Source: Octopus sinensis (Eukaryota). From it: DNA of 64,000 nt. The stretch spans positions 40,920,001 through 40,984,000 of the forward strand of contig NC_042998.1 in assembly GCF_006345805.1 (NCBI RefSeq), written 5' to 3'. The translations under genes and the position numbers were made by a program. The notes beneath the pieces are model-generated. The model saw nothing but the letters and a program-made list of their open reading frames with translations, made no database searches and was not told where the DNA came from. The number at the start of each line of letters is the position of its first letter. Within the stretch, counting starts at the first letter, position 1. This document shows positions 10,886-25,941 of this stretch, in pieces.

Positions 10886-13800
10886 CTGGAGAAACCTTTA
10901 ATATTTTCTGGATCAAACGTCCATCTGAAGAAACATATTACTTTGAAATAGAATATATATAAAAAGAAATTTTTTAATCTAGTTACTGTTAGAGGTAAAT
11001 TTCTTCAAATTGATAGTCATGCCCTGTCTCTCAGTCAACCCAATGTAATTGTGGTCCTCAGTAGTTGCCTTGAAATATATTTCATCTTGCTCATTGCATG
11101 GTACTTGGAGATTTTATGCCATAAAATATTCATGTCCTTCTGAACAAATCAATAGAGATCATAATTAATGGTATGATCTCCTTAAAATCCTCTTGAATTT
11201 TAATTTGGTGGTATGCATTTCTGAGTTCAAAGTGAATGGTGGATTTAATGTTAGAGATAGCGCTAGGCTATTCTTATAATTAAGGTGTACCTTGTAATCA
11301 CTACAAATTTGTAATTTTCCATTTTAGCTTTCATACTATCACAAAAGGTGGCACCCACTTGCTACCACTAGGAGGAGCATGCTCTAATTGGTTCTGTTTA
11401 ATAATTTTTCCTAACCTTACAACTACAAGTGCAAAAAGATAATTCAGTGTGTTTTGAAATTTGAAATATGGAAGATGATATCTACATCTTTCTTTAAATT
11501 TAATTCTTAAGCAAACCAATATTGTCAACATTTGGCACAACGCAATTGACTTGTCTTGTGTTATCAATATTTAGTATATCACTTCCAACTAGACCATGAC
11601 TTTTATAACAGTTCACTACTACCACTGTTATAAAATTAAACTGAATACCTGTTTCTTGGGTTCCTTAAAAGAAATCAAGGTTTCGTTTATTGATCCCTGA
11701 AGTTGTCGATAACTTTTGAGAAGTTTTGGTTGGCCAATGATCATCCAATAATTTCTTAAAATTATCTTGCTTCTAGTATCTAATTGCATATCCAAACTGA
11801 CATTATTCAATTTAACTTAAGGTGGCGCTTTCTTTGTCTTGTAGCATAAACACATTTATTTCAGCACCAGACTTGTCATCATCAATATATAATATACTTT
11901 TCTTTTAAGTGCTACTAACTGAAAGTGGTTCTTTTTGTTAAATGATTTACATATCTTACTAAATGCAAGATATTTGCTTTAATAAATGCATGTTTATGAC
12001 TACAGGATTTGCATTTAAAAAATTTCTTTTTTGATATATGAGAAACATCAGCAATTTTTTCATCCTTCTTTATGAGAGATATTGATTCCTTTGAGAAACA
12101 ATCTCATTTCATGTTCTTGCATGAAGTTCACATATGCATGGAGTGACATTATTCCCAAATGCATTTTTTCTAATGTTCATGATCTGTGGGATGTTTGGTT
12201 CCTGTAGTATATGCTTCCAATGAAAGTCATTTGTATTTATTCTTCTTCAATATTTTGGTCATCTTGAACAAATTTATCAAACTCTTGAAGTTCCATTATG
12301 AAGTTGATAATAAAAAAGTTTACAATGGGCTAGCTACAAAACATCTTAACCATGCTCCAGTAAAGTCAGAATCAGTAAGCACCAATAGTACCTTACTGGC
12401 AATGCTATTTGTTCTGAGGTAAACAACTGGCAAAGGTGTGAACTTTCATATAACACATATATTATTCATGCATAGCAATGGGTTAATAGTGTCCTTACAG
12501 ACAACACCTCCACTTCTACACCCTCTACCTAACCCAATTCTTGACCAAATTAAATGCTGTTGGATTCATTGAAAAGAGCCAGCGATCCACTATATTTTGC
12601 AATATTATGATAGTAAATTATGTGTGTAAAAAAAAGGGATATGATATGGAAGAATATCACACAGTTGCAACTTCTTCTAAGCAGTATAGTTTCCTTATTT
12701 CTATATTATTTTTGTTTTAGTTGCATTTAAGTAAAAGATCTCAATGAGAGGAATCTAATTCTGTAAACCACAAGAAAATTGGTGCAGTAGAAAAAAAGGG
12801 GGGAAAAGTGCTCAAATCAGAGAGGAAGTAATGTCTAATATCATCTTTAAATCACCCAATCTCTGTTATTTTAAAAGATAATTTAGTAAAGTTAAGCTTT
12901 CTTTAAAAAACCCCAAAGGAGAGAAATCTAATACTGAAAGCTTACCTCAAGATTTGTGCCATAGAAAAACACTTACAGGGTAAAATTCAGTCAAATCAGA
13001 AAGGAAGTAAAGATTAAATTTATCCCTAAGCCATCATATCTTTGTTATTTAAAAAAAAAAAATCAATTTAATTAAGTGTACCTAACCATCATGAGAAACT
13101 AGTATTGAAAAGCATGTCAAAATTGGTACAAAGTTGGTATAGTACAAATACCAGAGTAGAGGGTAATCACTGGCGCATTAATCTATAATTATACTTGTTT
13201 GTAACAATATATACATGCTTACACACAAACAAACACTTGTACATATAAAATATACAATAGGATCTGAGCAAAGTGGTGATGGTCTGCATCTGCAATTAGT
13301 GAGCATAAACAATTAAAAAGAGAAAGAAATCAGGGGTTAATGTATCAGATATGAATCCTACCCTTTTTTTTTTTTTGTTTTATTCATTTTTTCCCCTCAA
13401 AATATTCTTCAGAATTCTATGTTTTGAACAATATTATAATTTTGCCCCTAAAACAGCTTTTCAAAATTTCAGACCCAGCCACCACACACATACACACACT
13501 CTTTCAAAGTTTTATGCTTTTTTCTGTTTTTGAAAATATTCTAGGTGTTTCACATGATAAAATATGAGGACTATGATAATTTGAAAAAGTAAAAAAAATA
13601 TTTTTTTAAAATTTTAACTTTTGCTCAAACACCTCTCTCTTAAAACATTCATATTAACATTCTGGGTGTTTTAAACTCAGCCACTGATTTCTGCGTGTGT
13701 GGATATTTGCTGAAGTAGAAGTTGAAATGAAGGCTGCTTCAATGTAACAACCAGAATTCTGAAAAATTATTTTTCTAGAATTTCATATTTTTATGTTATC

Positions 13801-15215
13801 TTCTCTGGTTTTTGGAATACACCCTACTGAAATATGGAATGTGTGAGTACAGCTTCCCAACTCTTCCCTCAACCAACATATACTGAAATATTAGATAAAT
13901 TTTTGACCACTATTATTATTGATGAGCAATCAAAATAGAGTTTGCCTCCATGTAATTCGACTTTCACCAACACAAAAACTGTTTTGCCTTCAGACCAAAG
14001 CAGTAATGTAATGTGAATTAGTAAAATTAGATTATTTTTCTCAGATGTATCTTCACAAACTTTTTATACACTTAAAGTTGGTTCTGCTCTCAACCAAAAA
14101 TGTTCCCTACCACTTGGCTTATTTTTGTTCATATCAAGGATACATTATATCAGTGTTTTCTATAGTGGGTTTTGTAAGAATTTATAAAAGACTGACAGAT
14201 TATCATGTTTTTGAAAAATATTAAGATTATTTGAAACGTTTAAAACTTACTTGTCTGATACCATGGCATCAAGGAGACCCACAGTGTACTCAAAGTATTT
14301 TTTGTGAATGTGATCAGACTCCTTTTGTCTCAAAACTGGTTGACTTATATTAGCAGTACTGCTTTCTGATTGGCATCATTTAATTCATCTGCTAGTGCTT
14401 TATTGGCATTTTAGGTTCTTCATAGGCTATTTTATATAATTTAGTTTTTGCCAATTCATAAAATTTATTTTTTTTATCATTGTTTAAATTTTTATAAAAA
14501 TATTCCACTTCTTTATTTTTTGTGCCAATTTTTGAGTGTTGTTTTGATAACAATTATGTTTTGGCTGTAAAAAAGAGTGGACCAGCAAGAAAAAGACAGG
14601 AATAATAATATTCTTAATTAATTGTACCAGGAAAAGTACTGGACTAAAAGAAGTGAAAGCTTATAATTGTTGCAGCTGAAGCTGGAATCGAATTAAGAAA
14701 AAAATGTTTTCTGTTTCATTCAAATGATTGTTTTAGTGAGGTCCACCTTTCCCTGACATAAAATTAAAATTTATTCCCACTAAAAACAAAGAAATTGGGA
14801 TCTATACCCATAGATAACATTCTTGGGCTTTTGATACCCAGGAACTCCCACCCTCCCCAACTCACATGTTTTCTATAAAGCTTGACCAACAAACTTCTCT
14901 TACCCTGAAGTGCATAAAAATCTAATTTACCTTCTTGCAGACTCAGCAAAAATCATTGGATACAATATCAATTAGATATGCACATAAAGGGGTGCTATGC
15001 GGGAAAGAAAATGGGCCTTCAAATTTAAAAGCATTATTAGCTTACTGCCCAAGAGCCCCATAGCCTTTCCTATAGTCTTTTTCTACTGGGACCCATCCAA
15101 GAGGCATGTTGCTTAAATTCAAATTCCAACTTCAGCTGCAATAATTCTTGTCCTGTACTTTTCCAGTTTCAATAAATTAATGTTATCACTTCAGCATCTA
15201 CCTTTGCCTGTTAGT

Positions 15216-15246
<31 letters not shown>

Positions 15247-17339
15247 AAACTAAAGATTCAATATAATGTATATTGAAATAGATTTTTCCACTGTTAGGGA
15301 TACTTTCATCAAACTGTAGAGCTTGCCTCCACTATTGCTTACCACTATCTGTCCATTTATAATACTATGTTTACATATCGAAGAATGAATAGAAGTTTAT
15401 TCACAAGTTTTACTATAAAACAGCAAGTTTTTAAAAAATTCAATTGAAGTAACTGTTATCAGAATTCTTTCTAACTTGCTCTAAGCTATGCCAATAAGCC
15501 TTGAAAAAAAAAATGTAAAATTATGCTAATTATCTTAAATGATGAATCTATTTCTAGGTAAATTCCTATTAAAAGGTTATCTATGATAACTTTGTTACTT
15601 GATCTGCTAATGTGTTTCATACATTTTTAGAGCATATATTAATCTTTGCTACTAATGTTGAAATGTTTAGAAAAAAACCATCTGGATTCCTAAAATAAAT
15701 CTTTAGTCAGTCTGTTTTGCTTTATAATACTAGTATTTCATGCTGAGAGCATTTCCTGTTTACTTATTATGCAGTATGGGGAACAGTTTCAGTTAAGTGT
15801 TCTTTTTTTTTCTTCTTGTATTTCATAATAGAGGGGAGAAATATGATGAGCATCTATCTCTGAGGAGGTTTAAGATATCATTTATTAGGCCAATTATGTT
15901 ATTTTATGAACTATTAGGTGAAGTTGCGAAGCATTTTATAACCTATTGTTTCTTTATGAAAGGTGTCTGAAGACACTCTGCTGAGTATCATACATGTTGT
16001 ACCCCCCCCCCAATCAATAATGTTTCCTATATGTTTCTTTCTTCTTTTTGGGGGGCAGGGGAGCTACCCAGTCTCCCTTGGATTTTTTGCAAGCTTTTAT
16101 ACTTCAAATCTTTATAATTAAGAATTTCTAAAGTTTAATGTTATATTTACATCGTCAAAAAAAAAAAAGCTGAATTAGTAATTAGCTGTTTGATGATAAT
16201 AACCAAGTTCTAGGAATTAGTATTATCGACTACACTCTGTCTCCTCCAAAAACTTGTCTCACTCTTATGTTAGAAATTATTTTATTATTCTTTGTATCTC
16301 AAGTGGAAATGTGATTGGGTGCTCTATGGAATGATTTTTTTAATAAACATATACTAAAAAGCATTTGTTTTTAAATGTTTCCTTCAAAGATCTCCACTGA
16401 GACATTTGTCTCTCCCATATGGAGAGAGAGAAAAAAATTAATAATTTTCAGACATTCTAAATATGAAGTTTTGTTGTCTACATTCAACTTAGAAATAACT
16501 CCAACTTAAACTGAGATAATGTCCACCAAAACTTTGAATGTAACATACTTAATAAACAACAGCAACAAGGAAAGCCGGTTTAGTCAAAATAAATGTTATA
16601 AAAAATCTCCCTGTGAGATGGTTAATAATGATATATATGGTCTTGAGGGTGTTCATTTTGTAATTTTTCCTCATTTTTTAAAATAACTTTGTCCTACTCC
16701 ACATCTTTTGTAAACCCCAGTGTGTAACATTTTATAGTATGTATGAAAGAGTCCTGACAGCAATAATACAAAGAAAATTTACTTTTATATTTGACTGCAC
16801 AGTATGGATATAAAATACTAGATTTTGTAATTTTTCTTATGCTGTATAACATGAATCAGCACAGTATGTCTGTTAGTTCTATGCCAGCTGGAATCACACA
16901 AATTGAACTATTTTTACATTTGTTTTAATAGAAGCTATAGATTCTCTATTCTTCCGGAGAACATTTCAATCCCTTCTGCTGTCATTTATTTACATTCTGT
17001 AACATTCATTATCAATGTGAACCTGTGTATGTTGCTGAATTTATACTTTTATTCTATTTTATTATCTTTTTTCTTTTGTGGGCAAGGATTTTAATAGAAA
17101 CCTTTGAAAATGGCTGGTAATCATTCTTTGAGGGACAACTTAGTTCTTGGCTTAATTGATGCATTAATGACAGATAATGTATTAGAGATGATAACCAGTG
17201 ATATAGCTACTTCTTTCGTGCACATTTTGATAACTGTCTTTGATCCACTTGATTTATCATCAAGTAATGGGACAAAATATTATCTGAAAAAAGGGTAGAC
17301 AGTAAACCTTTTACTTGGGTTGTTGATTCAAAAATACCT

Positions 17340-17567
17340 CTAACCCTTTAACATTCAGATTACACTATCAAACGTAATGCTTATTTATTCATATAGTTTT
17401 GAATTAATCAAGCATCTTGTAGCTTCAAGATTTCTATGATGTGATTATTATTTATTTTTAGAATAACATTGTAGGGTAGGTGTGAGAAGCCAGATCTGTC
17501 CAGTTAGAAGATAAAACAGGTATAATATTTTGGCAAGATATGGCTGGCTTAAATGCTAAAGAGTTAA
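17340..17567. mobile_element. piggyBac-like MITE (about 220 bp)
   Basis: (C)TAA-CCCTTTAACATT at 17340-17355 and AATGCTAAAGAG-TTAA at 17552-17567: imperfect CCC-starting TIRs with TTAA-type flanks. Confidence 0.65.
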
Positions 17568-19740
17568 GACTTGATGTGAAGTCTGTTGAGCGTTTTCTTT
17601 AACTTTGTCCATTGAGTTTTGGTCGATACAATTGCCAAACAAACAATTTGTATGTGGAACAAAAGGGACTAGTTAATTTTATTTGTACATGTTGATTAAA
17701 TTTATATATACCTGGGTATGTTTTCTACTGAAGGAAGCAACTCAGCATGTCTGTTAAATTTCATAATGAAAAATTTGCAAAAACATCAGGGACATTTTTT
17801 TTCTTTTGTGATGTTTGGAATGTCCATGTCTATTACTAAGTGTATACAATGTCTTCATTTTTATGGGGTGTATTTTTTTATAGTTATTATATATTTACTT
17901 AACTATGTATGTTCAACATTATTTTTAGCACAGTTGGCTACTTACATTAAAAAATAGCTAAATCATTTTTGCAATACCTCCAATTTTCACAATAATCTGA
18001 CAAGTAAAGACACTATAAACATTTGAGTAAATAAGCATTTTTAGGCATTTTCCGCACAATCATTACACAACCAATCTTTTGACTTGAAAAATTTCAACAG
18101 GATGTAGGAAGTTAACTTTTACACCTTAACAATCTGATATTTTGGATGGGGTGGAGAATATATTTCTTGGTTCTTTGTTAACTTTCAAACATCTTACAGT
18201 TTTCAAAATATCTGTGAAATTGTCACAAGTACTGCTAGTAGATCACTGTTTTAAGAGTTACTCTCATTATTAAAGCACTTTACCATTCTAGTATTCTAGT
18301 ACCATTCTTTGCTCGAGAACTGAAGTCATTATTTTATCAATGTAAAGTTTATCAGTTTATGACTTGCTACCAGCATTGTGCTTGATTTTTATCAAAGAGA
18401 CTCAGTTTTCAGTGGTGTATTCCATTGAGCTGTAAATACCATACTTACTGTTGATCCAGTATGTGCCTTTCTATGTGAGCCAATGTGGGAGCCTTATTGT
18501 GGTCCTTTGACCTGCTAGAAATAACCAATCATCTCTCAAATTACACCTGCTTGTCTTACAAAAGGAAGGACAGGAAGATCAGAGGTATTTTGCTTTAGTC
18601 CATGTTTGTTATATTGAGTGAAGGTCATTGAAGTGATGGTGATAACTAGAAATTTGTCCTTTTGTGTAAGGGGAGTTGTTTTGTTAAGTGTATTTTGAGA
18701 TGTATGATAATACTTTAATCTGTTCTTGGTAAGTATAGATTTGGAGGAAGGAGATTTATATTGTGCTAGAGTTAATCTGTTTTTATGGAGTCTAGATTTG
18801 TGAAAGATAGTTGGAATCAGTGTCTGATTGCAAATTATCCTTTTCAGTTTCATATATTAAGTATATGTTAACAAGTACCTGTAATTAATACACTGGATCA
18901 TAGAAATAAATATCTCCTCTTCACATGTCAAAAATTGTCAGTGTGTTGGCAAGTTCTTGACAAACTTAACTAATATTCTTAGGAAAATTCAGCTATTATT
19001 AGTTTTATTACTTCTTGTACCTACTTCAAGTATTGAATGTTGAACTATAGGAGATGAACATACATAGTTTTGGTTCATGTAATTTCTGTCACTTTGAAAT
19101 TGTGTCAGTCTGTTGATGATATATAATTTGTAATCTTACTTATAAGAGACTAGTGGATAATATATATATTGTGTATTACTTATTGGTTTCAGAACTCCAA
19201 AGTTGACCTAGTTACTGTTCATATTTATTGTTTGTTTTCTTCATTTTTAATATAACCTGTACACTACAGATATATAAATTATTGTCATCTCTTATTATAA
19301 AAGGCAGATTTTATCTGCCTCCCTTTGGGAGTTATACAAATCTACAATATAAGATTTCTTCAATTACAATTTACCTAGCATTTTTAAGAGCACAATGCAT
19401 CGCGTCATGCCAGGTCCAGTTTTTAAAATTTAAACTCCAATTAAGCAAAATTTACAGAAAACTCACATTCTGGTGTGTGTCAAATGCTTTTCTTAGTCTG
19501 GTTTACACCACACGAAACGCACACACACAGTGGGCAACGAATAAAATGAAAGTAAATAGCAACAGAGTGATTTGAGGAAGACTAAACTGAAAGTATTCTG
19601 TCTATGACGCTGATAGATACATGAGTAAAATGTATGGGAAGCTAAGAGCTAAGAGTGAGTGAAAATAGCGAGAGAGAGAGTGATTTGAGGAAGACTTTCA
19701 TTAAATAACCGTAGTGGCTTGTGTTAGTAATAAAGTAAAC

Positions 19741-20110
<370 letters not shown>

Positions 20111-20169
20111 TGATCCAGCATGGCCACAACCTCAAGGCTGAAACATATAAAAGAATAACAGAATATAAA

Positions 20170-20530
20170 TGTGTGCAAAGTACAAGAAATATTAATGCAG
20201 TATATGGGGATTGGACAATAAGCGTAAGGCAGTGTCAATGGTGGTTCCAGAAATCCCGAGCCATAAACTACAGCCTAGAAGACGAGCCTCATCCTGAAAG
20301 ATCTGTAGAACTCGACAAGGACACCCTGAAAACCCTGGTGGAACAAAATCTCATCGTAACTGTTGAGGAACTAGCAGAGAAGCTTGGATTTGGTCATTCA
20401 ACCATTCATTGAGACCTGTGTGCTATCGGAAAAGTCAGCAAATTGGGTCAATGGGTTCCTCACGAACTTTCCGAGTCTAATTGCATGCAGAGAGTGAATG
20501 TATGCTTTTCTTTGCTGTCACATCTCACCA
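20170..20530 (+). mobile_element. Mariner transposase N-terminal fragment
   Basis: RNINAVYGDWTISVRQCQWWFQK..SLEDEPHPERS..TVEELAEKLG..KLGQWVPHEL, which includes the mariner-diagnostic WVPHEL motif. Confidence 0.85.
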
Positions 20531-20547
20531 CTACTGCGCTATGTATA

Positions 20548-21181
20548 TCTATATATATAAAACTGTAGTTGTGTGAGTGTCTGTCCCCTTCGATTTAGAT
20601 TCCTAACTACTCCCACATTTTGCGGTGCAGTTTAACCAAATTCGGGTAGCTTATAGTCGTGATTCATATCGAGCCCGTCTGAATATTAGCGCGCGTCTAC
20701 GATGAGTCTACGATTTTAAAAATAATTTAACATCATTTTTTATTCCATTTTAATGCATAATTTTTCGTGTGTTGATGGCGGCGGAGTTGGCGTCCACGCT
20801 CACACCTGCACCTGTGGGGAAGGGAGTGTAAGGAAATCAACGTCGTAATGCGTTGTCAAGGAGACCAGTGTTCTTTTAGAACGACTTCATGGCTTGAAGA
20901 CACCAAAACAGAAATGGCTAAGAAAGCGTCTACATGAGTCTACGATTTAAAAAAAAATTTACCATCGTTTTTTTTCCATTTTAATGCATTTTTTCGCTAT
21001 TATATAAGGGAAGTAACTCTCTAAAAATGTCTACGATGAGTCAACGATTTTTAAAAAAATTTACCATCATATTTTTTCCATTTTTAATGCATTTTTTGCT
21101 ATTTTTTTGCTATAACTCTCTAAAAATGCTTATATAGTTATTTCCCTTACAAACCCGAGCAACGCCGGGCGATACTGCTAG
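20548..21181 (+). mobile_element. Complete non-autonomous Helitron (634 bp)
   Basis: 5' TC at 20548 preceded by A; 3' hairpin CCCGAGC-AAC-GCCGGG at 21154-21169, then CTAG at 21178-21181 followed by T. No TSD. Three internal ~70-bp degenerate repeats. Confidence 0.85.
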
Positions 21182-21604
21182 TCTTATATAAATGCTGTTT
21201 CTATTTGATAGCACTTGTTTGTTAACAGTGAAAAGGATTATGATAAAGTGGATAAAATTTTCATTCTTTCTTACTTGATTAAAAACATTCTTTTAAGAAA
21301 TGTTAGCACATGTTTATGGCTTGCATATTTCAGGACTTAATTTTATATTTTAATTCTTCACTTACTGGGATAATAATCCAGTTGATGAATTATTTAGTAT
21401 CAGCCATTATTCATCTTACATGCATTGACTACAACCATATTGTAGTTCTTGTTACTTGGAAAAGCACAGTGTGTTTTTTGATGGGTACTACTTAGCCCAT
21501 CAGAAGGTGATCTCAATGGGTTTGCTGTTGAGTGCTGCAATGTTTTATAGATTATATCATAATAAATGTATGTTTTGTGTGTGTGTGTCTGTCTGTGTGA
21601 ATAC

Positions 21605-22012
21605 ATGGATGTTTCTGTGGAGGAAGTTTGCTTGTTCAACCATATGGTTTCAGGTTCAGTCCTACCACATGATACCTTGATACTTTCAGCAAATGATTTT
21701 ATTATAGCCCAGGCTGAACAAAAACTTATGAATTGTTTTTGTAACTAGGAACTGAAAAATGCCTGTTGTACATGTGTTTACATTTGGATTTCTCTGAAAA
21801 CCATGCAGTTATGGGTGATGATGTTGCTATCATTTTCTGAATCAATGGTTTGTCTTCTGGCTTTGCACATTTGAGGACATGTAGAATTCCTGATACTAAC
21901 ACTTTACTTGAAAAATATGTAAGGATTAACGTCAGGAATCCAGCTGTAAAACTGTGCTCCTATATGTTCTTCTAACCCATGCTACCATGGAAAAGTGATC
22001 ATAGAAATGAAT
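21605..22012 (+). mobile_element. Degenerate tRNA-headed SINE with RTE-type tail
   Basis: Decayed head (GGTTCAGTCC B-box-like) and tail CTAACCCATGCTACCATGGAAAAGTG; same layout as 62425-62845. Confidence 0.55.
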
Positions 22013-22310
22013 ATATATCTCTGTGTATATGAATTTTGTACTTCATTTCTCTATGATAAGGAATTCTGCTGTAAGTTTGTAAGGTAATTAACATAGTTTC
22101 ATAATTATAATGCATGTAGAAAAGCTATTTATATCACATTACATTTGTTGTCCATTAAATTTTGCAACACTATATATAAGAAATTGTTTGATTTTTATTA
22201 AAATGCTATAATGATAATCATGAAGATATTATTCTACATATCTATATCAGCCCTTTTTAATTTTTTCACAATCTAGTACATTATTTGCATTATTTCTGAA
22301 TTCATTCAAA

Positions 22311-22968
22311 CATCATCATCATGATTTGTTTTTTGTGTTAGCATAGGCTGGATGTTTTGACAGGAGCTGGTAAGCCAGAGAGCTGTACCAGGTTCCATTG
22401 TCTATTTTGGCATGGTTTTTTATGGCTGGACACCCTTCCTAATACCAACATTTTACAGAGTATTACTGGGTGCGTTTTACATGGCACCAGCACCGGTTCT
22501 TTTTTTTTATGGCACCAGCTGCAGAGGGGTCACCAGGTAACTAGCAAGACAAAGACTCCTGAATGATAGGGGGTGGGTAGTATTGAGGGATGTGGCTTTG
22601 TGCTAGCTGAGAAGTTAAAGTATAATAGAGGGATAAAAATAGGTGTCTTGCTATAGAGGAGATACTTGGCTACCCCAGTTGGAAAAGAAAAGAGAAATAT
22701 AGAGATAAAGTTAGAGAGAAAGATAGGTAGATAGAGAGATAGTTCATGGTGGAGATATGTTGGGACATACCTACAAGGTACAGTGGGGGTGAATATAAGT
22801 TTTACAAAGGATTGGACAGGATGAGTAGGTAGGGGTGATGTTTCAAAAGACTATGATGGGTGATGGTTAGAGATAGGGTAGAAGTGGTTGTAGCAAGTGA
22901 TAAGAGTGGATCAGGGGAGCTATTGAAGATATGTGATGGCATTGAGAGTGATTGTGTGCAGCTAGATA

Positions 22969-23002
<34 letters not shown>

Positions 23003-23090
23003 TGGAGGAGTTCACAATCAAGTAGTGATCATGAGTGGGGGGAGGTGTGTAGAGAAGATGGGGTTTGGGGCAGGGCTTACTGGTGGACAT
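22311..23090 (-). mobile_element. Old retroposon fragment ending in the RTE-type tail
   Basis: (CAT)n plus reverse-complement tail at 22311-22540; body similar to 5880-6400. Confidence 0.55.
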
Positions 23091-23179
23091 TCTATCATAC
23101 TCACTTCCACTATTTCAAAGGACATAGATATAGTCATCAACATTAACATTCTCCAATACTTTGAATATCTTCCTCTTCT

Positions 23180-24200
23180 TAATGATTACTAGTGAAGCTT
23201 CTGTAAAACTAGATCCACTGGAAACTTACTCTCTTATAGCATCCATCAGTTGACTCTCACCTTGGATAGAGTTGGTGAAATCCATGTTACTTTCAACAGT
23301 TGCAAAGCTTTTGACCATGTCTGGCATGCAAATCTCTAATTGAAACTGCCTGCCTGACTCTTATCTCTTGGATTGTCAAATTGCACTATTGTAATGTCAT
23401 GATGAAGCTCGTTCTGTCCCAGATTCTATATATACTCTTGTCCGAGAATTTGATTTTGTCCTCCCTACCAATGACCTACATACCATCATGTCCAATGACA
23501 TCCACCCTTACTCAAATGATATAATCTTTCTTTCTTCCTTACTCTGTGCCTAGACACCACATATCAGATTGCATTGACTCTATGAACAGAGATCTTATAA
23601 ACATCTTCCAGTATGGACATGAGAGAACAAAGAAGAATAAACCTTCAAGAAACATAATCACATCTCATTCTGCTTAAAAAGGAGCAGCCTACAATTTAGT
23701 GCTTTCACTGTCACTCCAAATGTAAGGCCTCCCTGTCATCAAGGTTCTCTCCTGCTGAAAGCTTAGAACCACATCTCAAAGGCTAGCCCTTTTGTCCAAG
23801 TCCAGAAAATACTTCAGTCAGTATTGATTCTGGGCTGAAGCATTTTCTTCAAAGCTCAGGTAATGTTCACATTGGGAATATCGTTTCCACATCTTGTACT
23901 TTGCTACTACTGCTGCACACACAGACATCCTAATCTACATTCAGGGAATGGTCATTTGACTGATTGGCATATAGCTACTCATACACAGACATACTTCTCT
24001 GGTCTACAGATATACTTCCCTTCCTGCTACTACTGTAATGGTCCTTGCTCCTCAGAAGTGGCTGGTCTTATACCACTTCTATTCAGGCAGTTTGGACTAA
24101 TTCATCTCTTCTCCTCTCATCATCTGTGTTGTATCTTTTCTCATGTACTAACCATTGTGCCCATTCCTTTCTCTTCAGAAAATCGGTCTTGTAGTATCCC
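23180..24200 (+). mobile_element. Decayed non-LTR RT relic (CR1/L2/Jockey group)
   Basis: Fragments FCKTRSTGNLLSY, KAFDHVWHANL, NDLH..HPYSND (YADD-region remnant) and CYYCNGPCSSEVAGLIP. Confidence 0.55.
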
Positions 24201-25941
24201 ATCTCTGTTCATGTCTTTCCTGCAGGTGTTAACTTGCAAAATTTAAGCAAAATGCTAACTGCATCAGTTTTGCTGGTCTTGGAAATCCTCCAAAGACTGT
24301 GTATGCTGTTCATTCTTCCAAACCCAACAATTAATAAAAAAAATTAAAATACAAAGTACACTTGTACAGTCAAAGAAAGGGGAGTCTACATTGTATGTTG
24401 ATTTCACTTTGATGTCTCTATGGTGGCCAAATTGAACATGAAACCATGGAATCCATTAAGACAATTCCACATCCTCCATGTGAATTGCAAGCTCCTTTTC
24501 TACTGTTCTATCTTCATATTTGGCTGTGGTTGAGTGTTTACCAATCTTTCTTCCCATAATTATGTGGGTAAATCTTTTGAAATATTAACATTATTATGAA
24601 TTTTAATTGCTTGATATCTGTAGAATGGATGCTGTCCATCTGGTGCTTTTTGGGTTTTTTTTAAAGTTTACTGGTAGCATCTCCCCTTATACCAGGTGGA
24701 GCGATGCCAGCCAACAGGTCAAAATCATTACTGTTAGTGGGCTTGAACCAGTGAGTTATGTATTGATATGGCTTATTGAGATTGGAATCTGAAGATTTTG
24801 TATATGAAGATCTAGCCCATGCTGGGCACAGATTATGCAGCTTAGTAGCATAAAGCCAATGTGGTTAATGTATCTGAGGACTCTAGGAAGTTGTGTTCAC
24901 TTTGGCACTTACATTATCTAAATGTTCCTTGCATGTTAGACAACAATCTAATAACTTTTATTCCACACTATAATGTATTTAACTTGCGATGAGCCTCTGT
25001 ATTTTTTAGATGCAGAAACTTCTGTTTTCACAGGATTAACAATTAAATGCATATCTTTACAGTAAGATCATAGATTGTTTAAAGCTGTACTCATTGTTGT
25101 TTTGTTGTCATTAAAATTCTTTATGGCCTACTATGCATAACTCATTAGCACAGATAAAACAGTTGATCATTTGTGCAGATGTTGAGCAACAATGGAGTCT
25201 GTACATTACTCTAAGGTAGCTCATTTCATAACGAGAGTGAGTAACTGTTCTTGGTATTCAGTATTACAAAGAAGCATTTATTTCCTGTCATAACAACAGT
25301 GAGCCATGTGAAATGAAGTGTAGTATTTTAGTGTTTGGAGGTGAAAAAAAAAAGCTTTTTTTTTTTTACTAAAGAGATATGTTTGTCAGTGTCAATCATC
25401 CTGTACATCTGTCTCTCCATTTTGTTAACCTTATTTCAGAATAGATATGATACAGCAGAGACAACCAATATGGAGAGCTTAGCTTCTATCTTTATTTTGG
25501 GCATTCAGTTAACTATTCAGTGTCCTTTCCAGTCTTGAAGACTTTACTTTCAGTTTTTTCTTTTTTGCTTTGTTATTAGTTAGAATTGTACTTTTCATGA
25601 ATCCTATGAATACATGTTGATTTTAAATTTTCAAATGTACAAGTGGAGGTGTTTTTTTAACTCCTCATTTTAGGCTTATTATTGATTTACCTTTTGGTTG
25701 ATCCTATTTGTTAATGTCAAGGCATTTACAGTGTTGGCAAGCATATAATGGGCCTAATTTTGGATTTTGCATTTGTCTTTCTATGTCTTATTTTGATTAA
25801 AACAACTTTGGCATATTTAAAAAAAAATATTCCAAAGTGAAAATGGCTTTAAAAATATGGTAGATATTTCATAAAAGACCCGTTCGTAATCTCAGTGTGA
25901 AATAGTTTTTTATGAGTGCATTCAGTGTATCTCCCCTCCAA

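Larger units (their letters stand above)
8540..12330 (-). mobile_element. Heavily decayed Ty3/Gypsy gag-pol relic interrupted by later insertions
   Basis: Minus-strand fragments in Gypsy order: zinc-knuckle-like AFSKICKSFNKKNHF (~11950), protease-like LDMQLDTR..IGQPKL (11628-11810), RT-like YGIKSP and FDPENIKG (10890-11150), RNase H-like YSNIEKGAFAII (~9080), integrase N-terminus-like LVLENSIVCNGDLITPSNL (~8620). Confidence 0.55.
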
